DNA of 64,000 nt. It comes from an uncultured virus (IMG/VR IMGVR_UViG_3300025501_000001). Lineage: Duplodnaviria; Heunggongvirae; Uroviricota; Caudoviricetes. The notes beneath the pieces were generated by a model. It was not told the origin of the DNA. It saw nothing but the letters and a program-made list of their open reading frames with translations, and ran no database searches. A program made the translations under genes and the position numbers. Each line of letters opens with the position of its first letter. Within the stretch, counting starts at the first letter, position 1. Where the stretch lies: the IMG/VR virus record IMGVR_UViG_3300025501_000001. The stretch is one strand, 5' to 3'. Shown one piece after another: positions 48,585-55,765 of the stretch.

Positions 48585-48831
48585 GTATGCCGAGAAGGGG
48601 AATAACGCCTATAAGCGCCTCGTCGCGGCCAACCTGATAGGCGACGGGGAGGCGATAGAGATAACACCGACGCATGAGACGGAAAAGATACTGTGCCGTG
48701 CTCAGGATAACGTGCTGATCGAAAGGGGGGAGTGCCTTGATTATTCGGGCCAGGAAGAGCACCGCTTCGTCTGCAAGGGATGCGAAGCCGGGGAAGTTAC
48801 GAAGAAACTTTGCCTGCCCGACGGTGTATGA
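48424..48831 (+). CDS. Hypothetical protein
   Basis: AAGGAGG SD. Confidence 0.65.
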   Translation: MGLIQQEIKELRQLLADVKAKRITGEELDAQIKVYSQIEKRTNQFLQSVALAAKYAEKGNNAYKRLVAANLIGDGEAIEITPTHETEKILCRAQDNVLIERGECLDYSGQEEHRFVCKGCEAGEVTKKLCLPDGV

Positions 48832-48864
48832 CGCGCGGTCGGGGCAAACCAAGAGGAGAGAAGC

Positions 48865-49218
48865 ATGGAGGAGCAGAAGGAGATAAGGTACACCAGCAGA
48901 TCAAACGCGGTAGAGACGTTTTTCTTTAAGGGCGCGATGTACACGGTTCTCGATAATGCCGGCGCAGTGTTAATGCCTGACGCGGAGAACGATCATGGAC
49001 ACATAATCTACTCGATAAATATGATCATGCCCGCGCCAGGGGAATCCGGCGGGGCCGGTGAACCCATTGAAAGAGAAGTTCTAGGTCTCAAGGAACTTCA
49101 CATGGACGGGCGCATGGGCAGGGTCTCCGGGTTCTACGAGACAGAGAAAGAGGCATGGGACGCAGCAGCGGCCTTCTTGGAAGACGTCGCTAAAGCCATA
49201 AGAGCTCGGAGCCTATAG
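48865..49218 (+). CDS. Hypothetical protein
   Basis: GAGGAG SD. Confidence 0.6.
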   Translation: MEEQKEIRYTSRSNAVETFFFKGAMYTVLDNAGAVLMPDAENDHGHIIYSINMIMPAPGESGGAGEPIEREVLGLKELHMDGRMGRVSGFYETEKEAWDAAAAFLEDVAKAIRARSL

Positions 49219-49220
49219 CA

Positions 49221-49496
49221 ATGAACAAAAATAACATGCGAGACGGCGGCGGCAATCCCTTCAATGATGCAAGTGCGCAGGAAGTCGACGAGGCTTTTTT
49301 AAAACTTTGGCTTGAGGACCCTGGCTTTCGCGAAAGGTCGCTTGATCGCCTCGCGGACATGATAGCCGCCAAGCCGGGAGACGTGCTCGTCGGGATCACG
49401 GTGACGCAGGCGATGATAGACGAGGCCGTCAGGATGCAGAAGTTTCTTGTCTTCTTCGCACAGGCCATGGGAAACGGACCCATGCAATCCCAATGA
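49221..49496 (+). CDS. Hypothetical protein
   Basis: Adjacent coupled ORF. Confidence 0.55.
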   Translation: MNKNNMRDGGGNPFNDASAQEVDEAFLKLWLEDPGFRERSLDRLADMIAAKPGDVLVGITVTQAMIDEAVRMQKFLVFFAQAMGNGPMQSQ

Positions 49497-50509
49497 ACCA
49501 TCTAACACTAAATCAGGAAGGAGATATCACCATGGAAAAGAACACGGATTTTACGATCAGCAACATGACGGGCCTGGAAATAGCCCTAATGGAAGAAAAC
49601 AAAAGTGCGGTAGAAACCTATTTGGAGAGGATCGACCGGGAGACCTCGAACGAGATGTTTAGGGTCATAGGGCAGCACTTCGGGTTCCCGACAGTGGAAA
49701 TCCAGGGGGTCAGAAGGGCCTCCGCAGCCCATCTTGCCAAACTTTTGGGGTACAAAAACCCCCAAGGCCTCCTACATTTGCTCGATCGGTATGGTATTTC
49801 GGGGGTAATGGTGGGGGGATTTATACATTCTGTACGTATCCAAATAAAACAAGCACTTAGCCTCGACCCCGACGATAACCGCTCGATATTATTGGAGTAC
49901 AAAGCGCTCCTCATAGCGGCCATGCAGAGCACCAACGAAGAGGCAAAGCCCATTAAACTCTACCTCCTGCGGTGTGAGTACGTCGCGCGCGTCGGCGCCG
50001 TGGCCTTGCGGCCTGGAACGCAACCTGCCACTTCGATAGACAACCCCATGGACAGGATGACCATGCAAAAGCTTGCAAAGCAGGCAAACGGGGGCGACCA
50101 ATGGGCCATCTACGAGCTGAAGACGCATTATGGCTGGCCGGTGGAGCTCATAGCGGGCCTCACCGAGCCCGACGTCTCAGAGGTGGCCGCCACAATCTCC
50201 AGGCTGCTCAGAATAGCCTACGAAGAAAAGCTCACCGATTTCGGCCTCGAAGTTGGCGAGACATCTACCGGTTATTACGTCTATGGTAGAACCTACTGCC
50301 TCCACGAAACCTTTCTCAATATAATAGAGAAGCACCATCTGCAACGATTTTTCTCCCACCCTCAGAACCTTGGATGGATCATGGCGCGCGAGGCCGAGGC
50401 CCTTGCGGCCCTCGGGTGGGAACGTAAAAAGCACACAACATATCAAGGAGACCGCAGCAGGTACAGGTACGAGTATGCCCGGCCCAAGCCGGAACTGGCT
50501 AAAAAATAA
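49493..50509 (+). CDS. Antirepressor-like DNA-binding protein (start possibly 49532)
   Basis: HLAKLLGYKNP...LLIAAMQSTNEEAK Bro-like region. Confidence 0.6.
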   Translation: MNHLTLNQEGDITMEKNTDFTISNMTGLEIALMEENKSAVETYLERIDRETSNEMFRVIGQHFGFPTVEIQGVRRASAAHLAKLLGYKNPQGLLHLLDRYGISGVMVGGFIHSVRIQIKQALSLDPDDNRSILLEYKALLIAAMQSTNEEAKPIKLYLLRCEYVARVGAVALRPGTQPATSIDNPMDRMTMQKLAKQANGGDQWAIYELKTHYGWPVELIAGLTEPDVSEVAATISRLLRIAYEEKLTDFGLEVGETSTGYYVYGRTYCLHETFLNIIEKHHLQRFFSHPQNLGWIMAREAEALAALGWERKKHTTYQGDRSRYRYEYARPKPELAKK

Positions 50510-50521
50510 AGGGGGCCTCAA

Positions 50522-50737
50522 ATGCGATTAACCGTTTCCGATCTTTCAAGGGTGAACGTGACGTATAATGGGGACCTGGGTCATATCAGGCTCGAATGCC
50601 AGACCTGCAGTCATGTATGGTCCCCCAATCAGCCCCCAGGGGGCAGACGCTGGTACAACAACTGGTATCGCTGCCCGAATGGGTGTAATGCGGAACTCAT
50701 AGTAAATCTGAGAAAAGGAGCAACGCCGTCCCAATAG
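50522..50737 (+). CDS. Small Zn-ribbon protein
   Basis: CQTC..CPNGC. Confidence 0.55.
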   Translation: MRLTVSDLSRVNVTYNGDLGHIRLECQTCSHVWSPNQPPGGRRWYNNWYRCPNGCNAELIVNLRKGATPSQ

Positions 50738-50788
50738 CTAACCGATTTCAAAGGGCACCCCCTGAACCATGCGCCTTCGGGCGCAAGC

Positions 50789-50824
50789 GGGCCGTGGTCC
50801 TTCGGGGCTGCGGCCCTTCTTTTT
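50789..50824 (+). terminator. Intrinsic terminator
   Basis: GGGCCGTGGTCC-TTCG-GGGCTGCGGCCC-TTCTTTTT. Confidence 0.7.
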
Positions 50825-50865
50825 GCAATCGCCTGCCGTACAATTTCATCCTTTTCTGTTATTTC
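50821..50865 (+). promoter_or_regulatory. Putative late promoter, copy 3
   Basis: TTTTGCAA-N4-CTGCCGTAC-N15-TGTTATTTC. Confidence 0.7.
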
Positions 50866-50871
50866 ATATTC

Positions 50872-53496
50872 ATGGCAGATCAGAGCGTAAAGATCGTCAT
50901 TTCGGCCGACGGCTCCGGTGCGGTCGCGGTTAGTAAGGAAGTCGGCCAGGCTTATCGAACGTTAGGCACGCAGTCAATCGCAGCTCTGAACGAGCAAAAG
51001 GCCGCCGCTACAGCCGCGTATGAGACAATAAAAAACTCAGGCATCGCCTCGGCCCAGGAGATCCGGCAGGCCCAGGGCGCTATGCACAAGCAAATCGCCC
51101 AATTAAACGAGCAACTGGTAGGCAATTACGGCAGCACAACCTCACAGATCAAGGAACATTGGCTTAGCCTGAGCGCCGGGGCCGTGACCGCAATTATGGC
51201 TATTAACAAGGTCGTAGGCTACATGGAAATCGGCGCGAAGGCCATGCAGATCGACCAGGCTTTTCGCACGGTAGCCGATGCGTCGAAGTTCAATGCAGAT
51301 GCGTTTCTGGAGAACATGCACAGGCTGACCGCCGGGACCATGACCGATAGCGAGATTGCCCAGAAGTCCCTCAAGGGCATAACGCAGGGCCTGTCCGAGA
51401 CCGACATGGCGAAGATCGGGGAAATGGCCCGCCTCAGCGCCCGGACCCAGGGCATCGATGTCCAGGAAGCCTTTGACCGCCTCACGGATTCGATCGCAAA
51501 TAAGGTGCCCCGGGCGCTAAAGCAGTTCGGCCTGATCACGACCGAGCAAATGCGCCTCGTCACCCAGGGCATGGCCGCCGGCGTCGACGACATCAACCTG
51601 ATGCAAATTGCATACATAAATTTGCAGGAAAAAGAGGCATTGACCGGAAAGGCCACGGACAATGCGACGGAGGCCATCCAGCGCCATCGTGCCGAGATAC
51701 GTCAGCTCACGCAAGACATAGGGGTGGGCCTCGTCAATGCCCTCGGCGATGCCATTGAGGGGTTCAGCAAATTCAAGGACGTATATATGCCGGCCGTGCT
51801 GGGCGGGTTCTTGCCGCAGCCAGGGGCACAATTGCCCGTTGACCTTAGAGGGTACGCCAAGCAGCCAAAGGCAGAGCAGGGGCCGCCCGAATTGGCCTAC
51901 GAGGCCGGCACCAACCCCGATCAGGCAAAAGCATGGGCCGATCAGCAAAGGGCCGATTGGCTGAAAAAAACACAGACAGAAATCAATGCCCCCAAAATAA
52001 AAGAGTTGAGGCTCGAATTCGAGGCCTGGAAAGTCTCTATCGAGAATTTGAACCCGGCACTTGACGAGACCGCGCGGAAGATGAACGAGGTTAACAAAGA
52101 GGCCGCCAAATACATCGCGGGCAAGCCGGGCGCCGCGCCGGGGACGACGATAGGGATCCCGAAAGGCGAAGTCGAGCAGCAGCAGGCCAAGGCCGCAGGA
52201 TACCTGCAGCAGCAGGCGCTGCTCAAAAACGCCCAGATGAATGCCAAGATGCAGGAGGAAGGCGTCAAGCAGCAGGAGCAGTATTCGAAGGAATACGAGA
52301 CGCTCTTCAACCAGGTTGCCGGCTCCCGCGTCAATGCCGAGCAGGTAGCCCTCGCCAAGATCGACACCGAAGAGAGAAAACGTGTCGCCCAGGCCAGCGA
52401 GCTTGCGCTCAAGAGCACGTGGGACTATGTGAACGCGAAAAAGATAGATACCATCACCGCCGAAGAATCCGAAAAGCTCCTCACGCAGATCCACGAGGAC
52501 GCCGAGCGGCAGCGGCTGGCCTTGACCACAAAGAACCAAGCCGCGATGGCGACGGCCGAAAGCGAACAGCGTCTTGCGGCGATCGACTATCAGCAAAAAA
52601 TGGGCCTCATATCGCCGGCACAGGGGATCTCAGCGAAGCTCGGCGAAAACCAGTCTTTGCTCTCAAGCCTTGAGGGATGGAAAGCCGGTCTCGAGGCCGC
52701 CGGGCAAACCGGGGACCAGGTGTACCAATCGATACTGCAGAAAATAAAAGCCGTAGAGAAGGCGACAACCGACCTTACGGTCGCCAACCAGGTTTACGTC
52801 GGCTCGTTTGGGGAAGGCATGAAGATCGAGATCCTCAAGTACTCGGCCTCCGTCAACTCGGCATTCAACGCGGGCGCGTCGCTCGCGAATACGGCCAGCA
52901 AGGCCATGGAAAACAGCTTTACCTCCTTTTTCGACGCGACGAGCAAGAAGTTTTTGGATTTCAACTCCCTGGCCCTCAGTGTATTCGGCGACATCGAAAG
53001 ACAGGCAATTAAACTCGCGATCTCGCAGCCCCTCACAAACAGTATCATGGGCAGCCTTGGCGGCCTTTTCGGCGGAGGCACGCAGGTCGTTCCAGGCATC
53101 GCCGGAGGTCTGCCGGCCAATGCGCCCTACGTCCCCGGTTCTGCCCATGGGAACCTTTTCTCCGGCGGCCATCTCGTTCCCTTCGGCGCGGGAGGCATCG
53201 TCGACAGCCCGGTCATCTTCCCCATGGCCTCCGGCGCCGGCATTATGGGTGAAGGCGGCCGTCCCGAGGCCGTCATGCCGCTCACCCGCACGTCCTCGGG
53301 CGATCTGGGCGTGCGCGCCGCCGGCACGGGGGCGCCCAGCATGATGACGAACGTCACGATCAACACGCCGCCCGGCACAAAAGTGGCCAAGCAGACGGAA
53401 ACCAAGCGGTTCGACGGCCGCCAGTGGGTCAAGAACCTCTCCATCGACCTCGCGGCTACGGACCTGGAATACCAATCCGCCCACGGGCTGAGGTAG
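50872..53496 (+). CDS. Tail tape measure protein
   Basis: MADQSVKIVISAD start; helical; FGAGGIVDSP..MGE..PEAVMPL C-terminal motif. Confidence 0.9.
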   Translation: MADQSVKIVISADGSGAVAVSKEVGQAYRTLGTQSIAALNEQKAAATAAYETIKNSGIASAQEIRQAQGAMHKQIAQLNEQLVGNYGSTTSQIKEHWLSLSAGAVTAIMAINKVVGYMEIGAKAMQIDQAFRTVADASKFNADAFLENMHRLTAGTMTDSEIAQKSLKGITQGLSETDMAKIGEMARLSARTQGIDVQEAFDRLTDSIANKVPRALKQFGLITTEQMRLVTQGMAAGVDDINLMQIAYINLQEKEALTGKATDNATEAIQRHRAEIRQLTQDIGVGLVNALGDAIEGFSKFKDVYMPAVLGGFLPQPGAQLPVDLRGYAKQPKAEQGPPELAYEAGTNPDQAKAWADQQRADWLKKTQTEINAPKIKELRLEFEAWKVSIENLNPALDETARKMNEVNKEAAKYIAGKPGAAPGTTIGIPKGEVEQQQAKAAGYLQQQALLKNAQMNAKMQEEGVKQQEQYSKEYETLFNQVAGSRVNAEQVALAKIDTEERKRVAQASELALKSTWDYVNAKKIDTITAEESEKLLTQIHEDAERQRLALTTKNQAAMATAESEQRLAAIDYQQKMGLISPAQGISAKLGENQSLLSSLEGWKAGLEAAGQTGDQVYQSILQKIKAVEKATTDLTVANQVYVGSFGEGMKIEILKYSASVNSAFNAGASLANTASKAMENSFTSFFDATSKKFLDFNSLALSVFGDIERQAIKLAISQPLTNSIMGSLGGLFGGGTQVVPGIAGGLPANAPYVPGSAHGNLFSGGHLVPFGAGGIVDSPVIFPMASGAGIMGEGGRPEAVMPLTRTSSGDLGVRAAGTGAPSMMTNVTINTPPGTKVAKQTETKRFDGRQWVKNLSIDLAATDLEYQSAHGLR

Positions 53497-53502
53497 GCAA
53501 CA

Positions 53503-53712
53503 GATGTTCAAAGATGTTCAAGGTTCAAGGTTCAAGGTTCAGAAGAACGTTCAAGGTTCAAGGTTCAGGGTTCAAGGTTTAAAAAACGGGGTTTTAACAT
53601 TGAACGTTGAACATAGAACCTTGAACAGCCCCGAAGGGGCAACCTTGAACAGCCCCGAAGGGGCAACCTTGAACGCCCCCAAAGGGGGCAAGAACAGCCC
53701 CGAAGGGGCAAC
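53503..53712 (+). repeat. Heptamer element spanned by ORF 53504..53716
   Basis: GTTC/GAAC arms and four GC hairpins. Confidence 0.9.
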
Positions 53713-53715
53713 ATA

Positions 53716-54264
53716 GTGGATAACTTCCCTATCCTCTCCTGCCCACCCCGCAAGGACATCGAGATCAGCGGAGTACCCAACCTGATCATCGACGACAAGG
53801 ACGCTCTGTACCAGTCGAGCCGCCTCCGCTCGGCCCGCCCCCGCCGCCAGTTCAAAAACATCGTCCACGACAAGGCGAGCTACGCCGACTGGGCCCTGGT
53901 CGACGTGTTCGAGAGGGTTACCGTGGCCGGCGGCAGCCTTCCCTTTTACTGGCAGAACCTCGTATGGGCCAGGGTCTTCCCCCAGTGGCAGCCCTTGACC
54001 TCATACGGTGTCGGCGCTATTGTCAGACCCCCCGGCGCGATAAACGACCACTCCTATGTCGCCATAGTGGCCGGCACGAGCGGGGTCTCCCCCGGTCCCG
54101 TATTCCCGACCGGGCCCATGGCCACCGTCACGGACGGCTCCACCCTCGTCTGGCAGGAGATGACGGCCATCGTCCGCTTCAGCGACGACCCGCCGGTTAT
54201 CTACAAGGGCGATCCGGACAATCCCCTGATATGTTCTATATCTTACAATCTCCGGGAGATTTAG
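53716..54264 (+). CDS. Minor (distal) tail protein
   Basis: Follows TMP; GGSLPFYW. Confidence 0.65.
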   Translation: MDNFPILSCPPRKDIEISGVPNLIIDDKDALYQSSRLRSARPRRQFKNIVHDKASYADWALVDVFERVTVAGGSLPFYWQNLVWARVFPQWQPLTSYGVGAIVRPPGAINDHSYVAIVAGTSGVSPGPVFPTGPMATVTDGSTLVWQEMTAIVRFSDDPPVIYKGDPDNPLICSISYNLREI

Positions 54265-54278
54265 TTTGTCGCCCCCCT

Positions 54279-54381
54279 GCAGCAGCGGAAGCATGGAGCA
54301 TGGAGCAAGAGCAGCATGGAGCATGGAGCATGGAGCAAAGGGCTTTAAAGCTCTCTGCTCTCTGCTCTCTGCTGCTTTTGC
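54279..54381 (+). repeat. AGCA/TGCT heptamer element
   Basis: agcatgg array and ctctgct array. Confidence 0.9.
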
Positions 54382-54393
54382 CCCGGAGGAACG

Positions 54394-55005
54394 ATGAAAA
54401 CGCTCCCTCCCGAGATCGTCCAGGAGCTGCAGAAACTCCACCAGCCCTCGGCCCTCATAGAGCTCCTCGACATCGCGATCCCCGACGGCTCCCACCTGCG
54501 CCTCGCCAACTACACGGACGATGTCGTCTTCGGCGGCAACACCTACTACAAGTTCAACTTCGACTTTCCCGGCCTCACGGAGGACTCGAAGGGCTCCGTT
54601 GTCGGCATAGAGCTGAAGGTCTCGAACGTGGACGGCGTTATCCAGGGCTACATGCAGCAGTACCAGGGCGGCGTGGGCTTTGAGGTCGTCCTGTACCTCG
54701 TCAACTCAGCTTATCTTGAGTCCGATTATGCCGAGCTGACCTGGGAGTTCTCCATCACCGCCTCCGGCTTCGACGAGAAGTGGGCGACCTTTCAGATCGG
54801 TGCCCCCAACTTGCTGCGCCGCCAGTGCCCCCCGGACGAGTACACGGCGGACCACTGCCCTTTCATCTACGCCGACGTACGGTGCGGCCACGCTCAGGAC
54901 AATGTCCCCTGTGACTACACCCTCGCGGGCTGCCGCGGCAAAGGCAACAGCCCCCGCTACGGCGGCGAGATGGGCTTGTCCCAAATTAACTTCAGGCTCG
55001 TATGA
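54394..55005 (+). CDS. Lambda gpL-like minor tail protein
   Basis: LKVSNV; CPFIY..CG..CDYTLAGC. Confidence 0.8.
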   Translation: MKTLPPEIVQELQKLHQPSALIELLDIAIPDGSHLRLANYTDDVVFGGNTYYKFNFDFPGLTEDSKGSVVGIELKVSNVDGVIQGYMQQYQGGVGFEVVLYLVNSAYLESDYAELTWEFSITASGFDEKWATFQIGAPNLLRRQCPPDEYTADHCPFIYADVRCGHAQDNVPCDYTLAGCRGKGNSPRYGGEMGLSQINFRLV

Positions 55006-55164
55006 TGTTCAGGGTTCAGGGAGGTTCAAGGTTCAGGGTTCAAGGTTCAGGGTTCAAGGTTGAGGAAAGAGAGGAATTTAACATTGAACATTGAACATAG
55101 AACCTTGAACGCCCCCAAAGGGGGCCACGTTGAACATTGAACCTCGAACCTTGAACATTGAACA
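55005..55164 (+). repeat. Heptamer element between the coupled ATG (55002) and the NlpC body
   Basis: GTTC/GAAC arms. Confidence 0.9.
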
Positions 55165-55765
55165 GCTCTTTTATACGGATCTGCTGGACAAGCGATACGA
55201 GAAGGGCGCCCGCGGGCCCGATGCCTATGACTGCTACGGCCTGGTGATGGAGGTCTTCAAAAGGGCGGGCGTCGCCTTGCCCGACTACGGCTGCGCCGAA
55301 AGCCCCGAAGGCGTAGCGGAGCTCATCACGCGCTTCAGCACCGACTGGCGCGAAATATCTGGAGATGTTCAAGGTTCAAAGTTCAAGGTTCCAGGTTCGC
55401 AAAGAGAAGGGTTCCAAACATCGAACATTGAACATAGAACCTTGAACGGCCCCGAAGGGGCAACCTTGAACGTTGAACATCGAACCTTGAACAGCTCTAT
55501 CGAACAGCCCTTTCCCCCCATCCCCTGCGCCGTGATCTTCTGGATACGCCCGGTCAGGATAACCGTTGAGCGGGGACATTCCTCCGAAGACCATCGGCGA
55601 GAGGTGTGTCCCCCTTCCTTTGTTTACATAGCCTCGCACATCGGCGCCGTCGTCGCGCCCGACCGGTTCATCCATATCCTGGCGGGCACGAGAGTGTCGG
55701 CGGAGCGCCTGTCGGACCGCACCTGGGCAAAGCGTCTCATGGGGTATTATACGTGGCCGAAGTAA
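55130..55765 (+). CDS. NlpC/P60 (gpK-like) tail protein with two in-frame insertions; start uncertain
   Basis: GARGPDAYDCYGLV, HIG, FIH. Confidence 0.85.
   Translation: MNIEPRTLNIEQLFYTDLLDKRYEKGARGPDAYDCYGLVMEVFKRAGVALPDYGCAESPEGVAELITRFSTDWREISGDVQGSKFKVPGSQREGFQTSNIEHRTLNGPEGATLNVEHRTLNSSIEQPFPPIPCAVIFWIRPVRITVERGHSSEDHRREVCPPSFVYIASHIGAVVAPDRFIHILAGTRVSAERLSDRTWAKRLMGYYTWPK
55364..55493 (+). repeat. Heptamer element in-frame in NlpC/P60
   Basis: Encodes DVQGSKFKV...NVEHRTLN between WREI and EQP. Confidence 0.9.
55572..55613 (+). repeat. CCTCCGAAG..GCGAGAGG hairpin, copy 3 (in NlpC/P60)
   Basis: ggggacattcctccgaagaccatcggcgagaggtgtgtcccc. Confidence 0.75.
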
